A stretch of 55,132 nt of DNA from Patescibacteria group bacterium. GTDB taxonomy: Bacteria; Patescibacteriota; Minisyncoccia; Phycocordibacterales; SBAW01. The notes under the pieces were generated by a model that was not told where the DNA came from, did no database searches, and saw only the letters and a program-made list of their open reading frames with translations. The translations under genes and the position numbers were made by a program. This document shows, piece by piece, positions 8,568 through 16,293 of this stretch; position 1 is the first letter of the stretch; each line of letters opens with the position of its first letter. The stretch is from the NCBI GenBank assembly GCA_028871115.1, contig JAGWOD010000004.1, positions 1 to 55,132 on the forward strand. The letters are read 5' to 3'.

Positions 8568-10547
8568 TTAGTGCGCTGAAACAATATCCATTCCTTGCGT
8601 AAACCCAGAATCATTGGTGAGCGTCGTCGTGGGGCCCGGCGCGCTTGCCGTAACGGTAGTCTGCGCAAAATGATCTTGGCCCTGGAATTGTACCTCGCCG
8701 GTGAGCGCGGGGGCTTGCCCTACTTGCGAGAGGGAGGGTGTAAGCGTCACCTCGAAAGCTCCCTGCTGCGCCGTGGAGCTGTACCCTACTCCTGCCGGAA
8801 GATCCCCGATTGCCCAAGTGACCGTACGAGTCGAATCGTCATAGGTGATATTCTCTCCGGTTCCGGTCTGGGCGCCGTCCCACGTGACGTAGGGGGGAAG
8901 CGTTGCCGTCACTACTGCTTCCCCTATCGAATTAGATGAATTTTTAACGGACCACACAATGGCGTAGGTTGTACCCTCCCCCGCCACAGGAGGCATTGCT
9001 CCTGTCTCATTGAAAGGACCCGAGAAGTGGAGCGCCTCAGCGGAAAGAGAGATGGTAGAGGAGAGATCGATAGTAGCACTCGCAGCGGAGGAGACGCTTT
9101 GCGGCGTGCCGCTCTGGTCAAGCTGTGTCCCTGCGACCGTAAGCGTGAGACCGACTGACGGATTGACGAGAGCTCCTGCTGAAGGTTGGAGTGTGGCGAA
9201 GGAGAATTGAAGCGTCCCTGAGGCGCCGGGCGCCACCGAAGCAAGAGCAGGATCTTGCTGACTGTTCCAGACAATTTGATTCTTTGTTGAATCATAAAAC
9301 CCCCCTTGGGCCCCGACTGAGGAAGGATCAACAGCATTTCCTGCAAGAGAGAGCGTGAAGGTGAGGTCGGAGACGCTTTGCGAGAGGTTATTCTGCCAAT
9401 TAATTACTCCCTGCATGAGTTTTCCTTGCGGTTCGGCAATCGTTTGCCCCGTCTGTCCGTCGATTGCAATCTCACCGCTCACAAACGGTTTTGCAACCGT
9501 GATAGTTTCCGGCACTGATATAAGGGGTACCGCGATGGTCGTCTCCGTAGGATCGCTTTCAGAACCAACGAGGAAGTGAAAGACTCGCTGGTCTCCGTCT
9601 TGCCCGACAAGTACGCCTGTGAGGGACAGGTTTGTCGAGCCTCCCGGGTTGAGCGCTCCGAGATGCCACATCGTGCCGCTCGTATCAGATTCGGGTGTAG
9701 AACTCGCGAGAGAAAATCCGAACGGATACTGCCCTTGTACGGCGACATTCTGGAGCGGAGTCGCGGAATTGGAGGATACCTGGAGATTCATGGTGAAGGG
9801 CTGGCCTGAGATGACCTGCGAAGGAGCACTGATCGCGAGCGAGACGGGCGCTGATCCGATTGTGAAGAGCACTTCCGCCTGTTTGACGAAGATAGCGTTG
9901 GAACCGGGGATTTGGTACTCGAGAGTCGCGGTAATTTGCTCTTGGGTCCCTTCCGCACCATAAAAGACGGCCGAGGAAGTTTCTTTGAGCTCTTGTCCTG
10001 AGGCAATCGTGCCTATGTCTACCTGGTCATGGGGAAGATTTTGCGTCGTGTCACTCGGATCACGAGTGCCTTGAGGGTAGTCGATCGCGATATCCGCGTT
10101 TTGAAGCGTCGTCGAGTTTCTATTGTCGATGATGTACTGGACCGTCACTGTATCTCCACTGTTAACGAGCGAGGGCGCTACAATCTGCAGATCAATATTG
10201 CTCGAGGAGATGGTATTCCCCCCTCCAAAAAAGGTATACGCGGCAACACCGGAGGCAATAACAAAAAATATAAGCGCCCCCCATAGAAAGTAGGAGGAAA
10301 AAGGGCGCCGCCTCGGACCCCGGGGCATAAGATTGAGAGGTGCCACTCGCACGCTCCCCGGTGGCGCTCCACCCCCGACCTCCTCCGCAGGAGCGCTATC
10401 TCCGGGAGAGCGAATACCGTCCCATGAACGGGAGAGTTTGGAGCGCAAGGGAGAAAGTGGCGTGCGTGCTGCGGGATCGACCGAAGGGCCTCCCTTGCGA
10501 GAGTAGAGTCTGTCTTTCAGGCGCTCGACGGCGCTTTTTCCTGCCAT
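8568..10547 (-). CDS. Large membrane-anchored surface protein with several tandem beta-rich repeat domains (function unknown)
   Basis: 659 aa. About 85 aa of Pro/Arg/Ser-rich N-terminus, one TM helix (FFSSYFLWGALIFFVIASGVAAYTFF), then a long Ser/Thr/Gly/Gln/Val-rich ectodomain with recurring segments of about 100 aa. Its stop lies 3 nt before the glyQS start. Confidence 0.7.
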   Translation of the reverse strand: MAGKSAVERLKDRLYSRKGGPSVDPAARTPLSPLRSKLSRSWDGIRSPGDSAPAEEVGGGAPPGSVRVAPLNLMPRGPRRRPFSSYFLWGALIFFVIASGVAAYTFFGGGNTISSSNIDLQIVAPSLVNSGDTVTVQYIIDNRNSTTLQNADIAIDYPQGTRDPSDTTQNLPHDQVDIGTIASGQELKETSSAVFYGAEGTQEQITATLEYQIPGSNAIFVKQAEVLFTIGSAPVSLAISAPSQVISGQPFTMNLQVSSNSATPLQNVAVQGQYPFGFSLASSTPESDTSGTMWHLGALNPGGSTNLSLTGVLVGQDGDQRVFHFLVGSESDPTETTIAVPLISVPETITVAKPFVSGEIAIDGQTGQTIAEPQGKLMQGVINWQNNLSQSVSDLTFTLSLAGNAVDPSSVGAQGGFYDSTKNQIVWNSQQDPALASVAPGASGTLQFSFATLQPSAGALVNPSVGLTLTVAGTQLDQSGTPQSVSSAASATIDLSSTISLSAEALHFSGPFNETGAMPPVAGEGTTYAIVWSVKNSSNSIGEAVVTATLPPYVTWDGAQTGTGENITYDDSTRTVTWAIGDLPAGVGYSSTAQQGAFEVTLTPSLSQVGQAPALTGEVQFQGQDHFAQTTVTASAPGPTTTLTNDSGFTQGMDIVSAH

Positions 10548-10623
10548 TGTAGAAAATAATACCGCTTCTCTATCTGAACTCCTATAGGCCTATTTCTTAT
10601 GGTCAAGGCGCTATACTTACGAA

Positions 10624-10791
10624 ATGGAATCCCGCACGCTCATCTGGATAGGCCTTTTTGTCGGCTCAACGATTGGGGGGCTCATACCTGAACTCTGGGG
10701 CGCGGGAATGTTCTCCATGTCCTCTCTATTCTTGAGTGGCGCGGGAGCGATCGCTGGTATTTGGGTCGGATTCAAGGTCTCGCGATGGTAG
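10624..10791 (+). CDS. 55-aa glycine-zipper-like small membrane protein (below the ORF-track cutoff)
   Basis: ATG at 10624 to TAG at 10789-10791: MESRTLIWIGLFVGSTIGGLIPELWGAGMFSMSSLFLSGAGAIAGIWVGFKVSRW. Two Gly-rich hydrophobic helices. It competes with a featureless 68-aa minus-strand ORF. Confidence 0.4.
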   Translation: MESRTLIWIGLFVGSTIGGLIPELWGAGMFSMSSLFLSGAGAIAGIWVGFKVSRW

Positions 10792-10859
10792 TGGGGTCGC
10801 CTTGCAGCAGCGATCATTCTCAAGTAGCGTTAGCCCCAGAATCCCTATGGAGGAACTCC

Positions 10860-11444
10860 GTGCATCTGATCCTTCCTACTACACATCCTGACCTCCGGCA
10901 GTTTGAACATTTGCCTTTGTTTTTTCTCGCGGGACCCACTGAGGGCGGCGGCAATTGGCATCAGCGGATGTTGAAGCTTCTCGCGGAGAGAGTCGGCGAC
11001 TGTATCGTTGTCGATCCAAGTTGCTACCCTTCTGGTCATCCACTAGAGCGCCAGAAAATGAAAGGCCGCGAGGGTATGTTCCCTCGTCAAACCGACTGGG
11101 AACGCTATTACCTCCACACCGCCGCTGAGAAATGGACTGCCGGGTGTATCATCTTCTGGCTGCCCGAAGAAAGTGCGGATGAACCGCGCACTGATGGAAA
11201 ACCCTACACCATGAATACGAGCGATGCGATCGGTGAGTGGAGGGGCCGTCTCATGTTCAATAGGTGCTTGCGAGTCGTCGTAGGAGCTGAGCCCAATTTC
11301 CCGGGCCTCAGCCAGATCGCTCGAAACTTCGAGATGGCGCTCGGTAATGAGTTCAAGCTCTACGACAGTATGGAAGGCGTGGTCGAGCGTGCCGCTTATT
11401 TTGCGGACGCAAGTCATTCCTTCGAGACACGCGTGCGCCGCTAA
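10860..11444 (+). CDS. Nucleoside 2-deoxyribosyltransferase-like protein (tentative family call)
   Basis: The track ORF starts at TTG 10761. An in-frame GTG at 10860 has GGAGGA 5 nt upstream and avoids overlapping the small ORF. The PLFFLAGPTEGGGNWHQ strand-loop and CIIFWLP...AIGEW pattern resemble the NDT-like fold; not verified. Confidence 0.55.
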   Translation: MHLILPTTHPDLRQFEHLPLFFLAGPTEGGGNWHQRMLKLLAERVGDCIVVDPSCYPSGHPLERQKMKGREGMFPRQTDWERYYLHTAAEKWTAGCIIFWLPEESADEPRTDGKPYTMNTSDAIGEWRGRLMFNRCLRVVVGAEPNFPGLSQIARNFEMALGNEFKLYDSMEGVVERAAYFADASHSFETRVRR

Positions 11445-11450
11445 GCCTAT

Positions 11451-11488
11451 GCCGCCTTCCCTGTTCTCTGGAATGGCGGCTTTTCTTT
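11451..11488 (+). terminator. Intrinsic terminator after the NDT-like gene
   Basis: GCCGCCTTCC...GGAATGGCGGC hairpin followed by TTTTCTTT. Confidence 0.6.
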
Positions 11489-11565
11489 ACTGCGGAGAAG
11501 CTATTGATAAATAATCTGCTATAGGGTATTTAATCTCCAGTCCTATCAGTACCAGGGAGGAGAGT

Positions 11566-12006
11566 GTGGGGACAGTAGTGTTCCAGCGTGCTGACCTAAA
11601 ACACGCAAGAGAGATTGCCGCTATCGCTACCGAAGCATTCCAAAACAACCGGTGGACGGAAGGGTATGTCATCCACACAATGTACCGTTACTGTGTGTAT
11701 GTTTTGGAAGAAGGTTCCGAAGCTATCGGTTGCCTTATGTCTGAGAACATGGGGCCGACGTCAGCCTACATCGCAGGTGTTGCGATCAGAGCCAACCGAC
11801 GACGGATGGGCAACGGGCGCATCCTCCTCAAGCACGCGCTCAAACGGCTCGAGGACGAAAAGAAAAAAACATTACTCTTGCATACACTTTCCACCAATAC
11901 GCCGGCAATACGCCTCTATGAGTCAATGGGCTTTAAACCAACCGGCAATAAAAAGAAATTTCCGGGAGGATCGGAAGAAATTGAGTTCATTAGAACCACC
12001 CCGTAG
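11566..12006 (+). CDS. GNAT-family N-acetyltransferase
   Basis: Acetyl-CoA motif A (VAIRANRRRMGNGRILLKHAL) and TNTPAIRLYESMGFKPTG. GTG start with GGGAGG 5 nt upstream. Confidence 0.85.
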   Translation: MGTVVFQRADLKHAREIAAIATEAFQNNRWTEGYVIHTMYRYCVYVLEEGSEAIGCLMSENMGPTSAYIAGVAIRANRRRMGNGRILLKHALKRLEDEKKKTLLLHTLSTNTPAIRLYESMGFKPTGNKKKFPGGSEEIEFIRTTP

Positions 12007-12025
12007 CAAGACGGGGTGATTTTTT
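11997..12025 (+). terminator. Intrinsic terminator after the GNAT gene
   Basis: CACCCCGT-agcaag-ACGGGGTG hairpin spanning the stop codon, followed by TTTTTT. Confidence 0.7.
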
Positions 12026-12026
12026 A

Positions 12027-12608
12027 TTACAGTCCGCTCACAGAGAGCGAATCGTTGATGGCACGAATAAGGGTAGAGCGCCGCTGTGCTGCCCGAGCCG
12101 CAAGCTCAAGAGAAAGATCTTCATCAGCAATAAATGGCGCCAATTCCGCTGTCTTGGGCAGATACCCAAGCGAAAAAAGGATCCGCAACACTAAGACACA
12201 CTCGATGCTTTCGCACCCCTGAGAATCCGAAACACTTGAGAGAAGTGCGAATCCATGTGAGACATGTTCGTAGAGTTGTTGCGAGACCTCTTCGCCTTGA
12301 ATGAGGCGCACAAGGAGGCGACATACCCGCCCCGCAACAATCCGGGCACTCAAGGAAGCGCTCATGAGCGGATAGGAAATAGCATCAACTCCCGCCACCT
12401 TCCATTCGTGCCTGCCCGCTACAAGCGAAAAACGTCCACAGGTAAAGGGCTCAAGTCCATAGCGCAGTTTACTCTGCTCTCGCCGAGCGCTTTTCGCGGA
12501 AGCATAGATAAGCCCAAGTTCCCGAGTATGCAGTTGCACCAGAGTAGTAGCTTCACCGAGCCCCCGTTTCCCAAGCACAATTCCCTCAGTAGTTATCTTG
12601 CGCGTCAT
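12027..12608 (-). CDS. recO: DNA repair protein RecO (short form)
   Basis: N-terminal OB-fold pattern (EGIVLGKRGLGEATTLVQLHTRELGLIYASAKSARREQSKLRYGLEPF). ATGA start/stop overlap with ileS. Confidence 0.85.
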   Translation of the reverse strand: MTRKITTEGIVLGKRGLGEATTLVQLHTRELGLIYASAKSARREQSKLRYGLEPFTCGRFSLVAGRHEWKVAGVDAISYPLMSASLSARIVAGRVCRLLVRLIQGEEVSQQLYEHVSHGFALLSSVSDSQGCESIECVLVLRILFSLGYLPKTAELAPFIADEDLSLELAARAAQRRSTLIRAINDSLSVSGL

Positions 12609-15600
12609 GAAAACTCAAAAACAAGCGGGAAGGAAATATCTCCAATATGCTCTTCCCCTCCCTCTTTGGAGGCGAGAGAAGCGAGACCTGTCGCAGCGAT
12701 GATCTGCGCTTTGAATTTAGTAAGAAATGCTATTCCCTGAACATCCGTTACAACAGAGAGAGATGGTCGATCAATAACGGATAGGCCATGAGTTTTGCGT
12801 GCGTCTTGGATAGCACGCACAACATCCCGAAGCACTCCTTCTTCACGCAGCTCGGGAGTGATTTCCGTATCAAGCCACACCTCTTCCTTGAGGTTCGGAT
12901 TATGTGCCACACGCTTAACGTTTACTTCCTCAGAGAGGATCGTTCGTACTGCCTCATCCTCAGGAAGATCGCGCGCTTCAAGAAGCCCAAGGGGCTGGCG
13001 CACGCGAATGCCTGCACGCTCCCGCACCTCAAGCGCGCGGGAAGCGATAGCGCGGATAAGCGTCATATCGGCAAGGATGGTGTTATCGACCGCTCTCTCT
13101 GCGGGCCAGGGCTCAAGATGCACGCTCTCTTTTTCTCCGCCCGCTCCTGTATAGATGCTCTCGGCAATAAAAGGCATGATCGGCGCAATAAGCATGGCGA
13201 GAGTGAGGAGTGTCTCGCGCTGAGTGCCAAGAGCGTATTGTTTGTCCGCTTCGTCTTTGCCGCGCACCCGCTCGCGGGAGCGACGCACGTACCATGTCGA
13301 ATAGTCGTCAACAAACATCCGCACTGCCCGACAGGCACGAGGCGTATCATATGCGTCGAGCGCATCGGTTACTTCACGCATGAGCTCTCCCAAGCGGGAG
13401 CGCGCCCACCGATCGAGCGGGTTGGAGCTATCCGCCGCACGAATCCCAGGAGTATATTCGTGTTTATATAATTCGAAAAATTTAAAGGAGTTCCAAAGAA
13501 TTCCGATGACGCGGTTGTGCACCTCCCGAATGTCCTCGTCACGGAACGCGAGATCTTCGCCGTGCATGATGGGCCCTGCCATAAGATAAAAACGCAATGC
13601 GTCAGCTCCAAAACGCTCGAGAAGCATCAGAGGATCGGTGTAATTGCCTTTCGATTTGCTCATTTTTGAGCCGTCAGCGGCAAGAACCGTCCCCGTCGAG
13701 ACGACGTTGCGAAATGCATGCGAATTGAAGAGCGCCACGCTTATGGCGTGCATGTAGTAAAACCAGGTGCGTGTTTGGGCAATATACTCAGCGATAAAAT
13801 CGCCTGGGAAACGTCTCTTGAATTCCTTTTCATGATCGAACGGGTAGTGAAGCTCCGCGAATGGCATCGCGCCCGATTCCACCCAGCAGTCGATGACTTC
13901 GGGGATACGCTTGTACTCTCTCCCCTCATCATCAAGAAGCACAATCGAGTCGGTATAGGGGCGGTGCAGGTCGAGTTCAAATTTTTTATTGACCGGCAAG
14001 GGCACAAACGGAATCTCCCGTACTTCGGCAGGACCTGCGGTCATTCCCTCAGCAAGCGTAAATATCTCATTTCCTGAAAGGCCAGCAGCTGCCGTAAAGA
14101 GGGATGAGAATGCGACCTTGTGGGAGACAATGAGAACAATCGAGTTCTGGTAGCGCTCCTCATAGTCATACAGAGCCTGACCGAAGCGTATTTTTATCTC
14201 TTCAAGGCTTTCCCCTCCCTTTGGGAGGGCCGTATACCAATCGGGCTGTTCGATGAAATCGAAGTACTTCTTTCTCGGCTGTTCGTTAAATTCTCCAAAT
14301 CTAATTTCTTTCAACCGCTCATCGAAAACAATTTCTCCCTCGGGAACCCCGAGTTCTCTCGCCATGATTTCCGCCGTCTGCTGAGCGCGCAGAATCGGCG
14401 AAGCAATGATAACAAGCGGCATTCCGCGGGGAATTGCTCCAGCGGCTTCCCGCACCTGCTCCCGACCTTTTTCAGTGAGCGGATGCTTCCCTTCAAAATC
14501 ATCGGAATAGACGCCTTGAAGCATGTGGGTCGCTTCTCCGTGGCGCATAAGAAAATAGCGATTTCCAGAGCGCTTCGTGCGCCTCTTGAGCTCCTCGAGC
14601 GACCCGATGATCATCACACGATTTCCCTTCTTCTCTTTCCAGATAGGAAGCGGGGAGGCCCAAAATCGATTACGGGAGATGGTCCAATCAGGAGCTCCCT
14701 CGACAATGTTGCGGAAGCGTCCTTCTTTGAGGTGTTCGGGGACCCACCGGATACGTTCATTTTCTTCAAGCATGCGCTCCTTCACTGTTTTCTTCTCCCC
14801 CTTGGGGGCTGCATTAATCGCAATGAACCACGATGCTACGGCGTCATAGATAAGCGGCGTTCCGCAACGGTAGCAGTGAGGATAGGAGTGCGTGTGCATC
14901 TCGCGCTTGAAGAGAAGCCCCCGATGTTCGAGATCCTCTTTGATCACTTTTTCTGCCTTTTTTATATATTGGCCTTGAATGAAGGCGGGGGCCTCATGAG
15001 TGTAGTGTGCGCCGGGGTCAAGAAGCTGTACCATAGGGAGCCCTTCTTTCTCTCCGAGCTTGAAATCATCCTCTCCGTACATCACGGCGGTATGCACTAT
15101 GCCGGTGCCTTCATGGGTCGTAACAAACTCGGCAGGGAGTACGACATACTTTTTTCCGTGGTGAGCACTCACCGAAGGAATCTCGTAGAGAGGTTCGTAT
15201 TCACGCCCGGTAAGTTTTGCACCAGAAACTTTTTCAAGAATACGCGCGCCCGGAGCAACGGCTTCCACCCGATCGGCCGCAAGCCAGAGAGATCCCTCAG
15301 GAGTCTCTACCTTTACATACTGAACCTCCGGATTCACCGCGAGCGCGACATTGCCGGGGAGAGTCCAGGGAGTCGTCGTCCATGCAAGAAAATATTCGTT
15401 TTCCTTTCCTTTTGCTTTGAATCGCACCGTGAGCGCCTCTTCAGTGATGTCCTTATACGTGTTATCCATGGCGATCTCCGCCTTCGCAAGCGGGGTCTCG
15501 CAATGAGGGCAGTACATGAGTACTTTGCGGCCTTCGTAAAGGAGTCCTTTTTCCCAGAGGGACTTGAGAGCCCACCATACCGATTCGATATAGGAGTTAT

Positions 15601-16096
15601 CCATCGTCTTGTAGGAATTACGGAAATCCACCCACCGGCCGATGCGCTCGATATATTTCTCCCATTCACGATCAAACTGCATGACACTTGAACGTGCCGT
15701 CTCATTGAAGACATCGATGCCGAGCGTGAGTATGTCTTTCTTCGTTTTGAGACCGAGTTTTTTCTCAACGTAGGTTTCAATCGGCAAGCCATGACAATCC
15801 CATCCCCATCGTCGCTCTACTCGGTAACCACGCATCGTCTTATACCGACCGACGGCGTCTTTTATCGAGGAGCCCAAAATGTGTCCGATGTGCGGAAGAC
15901 CGTTAGCGAAGGGCGGACCGTCATAAAACACAAACTCCCCTTCCGGGGCCTCTTTAGCAACCGATTTATCAAAAATAGTATGCTCTTTCCAGAACGCGAG
16001 TATTTCTTCTTCGCGTTTGGTCGTTTCTGATTTTGCGGGCATATCAGGACCCGTCTTCAGCTTTACCATGTACGTGCCAATGATATGACACTCCAT
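12605..16096 (-). CDS. ileS: Isoleucyl-tRNA synthetase (type 2-like) carrying an internal histidine-phosphatase domain
   Basis: PPFANGLPHIGH (HIGH), the editing-domain signature WTTTPWTLPGN, WTISRNRFWASPLPIW and KMSKSKGN. The ORF opens at 16096. Met19 (nt 16042, MPAKSETTKREEEILAFW) is the more likely start, by comparison with other type-2 N-termini. Confidence 0.95.
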   Translation of the reverse strand: MECHIIGTYMVKLKTGPDMPAKSETTKREEEILAFWKEHTIFDKSVAKEAPEGEFVFYDGPPFANGLPHIGHILGSSIKDAVGRYKTMRGYRVERRWGWDCHGLPIETYVEKKLGLKTKKDILTLGIDVFNETARSSVMQFDREWEKYIERIGRWVDFRNSYKTMDNSYIESVWWALKSLWEKGLLYEGRKVLMYCPHCETPLAKAEIAMDNTYKDITEEALTVRFKAKGKENEYFLAWTTTPWTLPGNVALAVNPEVQYVKVETPEGSLWLAADRVEAVAPGARILEKVSGAKLTGREYEPLYEIPSVSAHHGKKYVVLPAEFVTTHEGTGIVHTAVMYGEDDFKLGEKEGLPMVQLLDPGAHYTHEAPAFIQGQYIKKAEKVIKEDLEHRGLLFKREMHTHSYPHCYRCGTPLIYDAVASWFIAINAAPKGEKKTVKERMLEENERIRWVPEHLKEGRFRNIVEGAPDWTISRNRFWASPLPIWKEKKGNRVMIIGSLEELKRRTKRSGNRYFLMRHGEATHMLQGVYSDDFEGKHPLTEKGREQVREAAGAIPRGMPLVIIASPILRAQQTAEIMARELGVPEGEIVFDERLKEIRFGEFNEQPRKKYFDFIEQPDWYTALPKGGESLEEIKIRFGQALYDYEERYQNSIVLIVSHKVAFSSLFTAAAGLSGNEIFTLAEGMTAGPAEVREIPFVPLPVNKKFELDLHRPYTDSIVLLDDEGREYKRIPEVIDCWVESGAMPFAELHYPFDHEKEFKRRFPGDFIAEYIAQTRTWFYYMHAISVALFNSHAFRNVVSTGTVLAADGSKMSKSKGNYTDPLMLLERFGADALRFYLMAGPIMHGEDLAFRDEDIREVHNRVIGILWNSFKFFELYKHEYTPGIRAADSSNPLDRWARSRLGELMREVTDALDAYDTPRACRAVRMFVDDYSTWYVRRSRERVRGKDEADKQYALGTQRETLLTLAMLIAPIMPFIAESIYTGAGGEKESVHLEPWPAERAVDNTILADMTLIRAIASRALEVRERAGIRVRQPLGLLEARDLPEDEAVRTILSEEVNVKRVAHNPNLKEEVWLDTEITPELREEGVLRDVVRAIQDARKTHGLSVIDRPSLSVVTDVQGIAFLTKFKAQIIAATGLASLASKEGGEEHIGDISFPLVFEFS
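13982..14569 (-). other. In-frame histidine phosphatase (PGAM/CobC-like, branch 1) domain inserted in IleRS (about residues 510-705)
   Basis: YFLMRHGEATH (RHG motif), LTEKGREQ, IIASPILRAQQTAEIMA, ERLKEIRFGEFNEQ, GGESLEE and IVLIVSHKVAFSS (distal His). The insert is flanked by IIGSLEELKRR and FELDLHRPYTDS of IleRS. Confidence 0.7.
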
Positions 16097-16100
16097 ACAT

Positions 16101-16130
16101 AAAAGAAAGTCGGCCGCGCGGCGGCCGACT
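16101..16130 (-). terminator. Strong intrinsic terminator/attenuator-like hairpin directly upstream of the ileS ORF
   Basis: Minus strand AGUCGGCCG-ccgcg-CGGCCGACU (9-bp GC-rich stem) followed by UUUCUUUUAU. The U-tract ends 4 nt before ATG 16096. Confidence 0.65.
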
Positions 16131-16293
16131 AAAGGGTATCGCTACTAAAAGACAGCGTGTTCGGATCATACGTTTGCTCCTTGGCAAACGTTTCATGTGG
16201 AGGTGCAGTCTCTTTTTGAAGAGCTCTGCGGACTTGTTCTTTGCGTGTCTCGATGTGCGCTGGCGGCTTCAGCCGCGAAGTTCGCAAACACAT
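16129..16293 (-). CDS. 54-codon ORF in the argS-ileS spacer (hypothetical; may instead be part of a regulatory leader)
   Basis: GGGGGAG 6 nt upstream of ATG 16293. Product MCLRTSRLKPPAHIETRKEQVRRALQKETAPPHETFAKEQTYDPNTLSFSSDTL. The stop TAG (16131-16129) overlaps the terminator stem by 2 nt. No family recognised. Confidence 0.3.
   Translation of the reverse strand: MCLRTSRLKPPAHIETRKEQVRRALQKETAPPHETFAKEQTYDPNTLSFSSDTL

Noticed and set aside
10617-10823. 68-aa minus-strand ORF.
   Set aside because: It has no start context and a featureless Pro/Arg-rich translation. The same DNA on the plus strand encodes a convincing two-helix Gly-rich membrane peptide.
14120-15691. 523-aa plus-strand ORF antisense to ileS. 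Similar long shadow ORFs occur at 20800-21684 (+, inside thyA/dcd), 51576-52649 (-, inside pilB), 47699-48754 (-, off-frame inside polA), 43612-44343 (-, inside murE), 12788-13471 (+) and 7647-8288 (+).
   Set aside because: Each lies entirely within a gene whose product has unmistakable family motifs on the other strand or frame. Their translations are Arg/Ser/Leu-rich, low-information sequences with no recognisable motifs. Long antisense ORFs are expected by chance in G+C-rich coding DNA.
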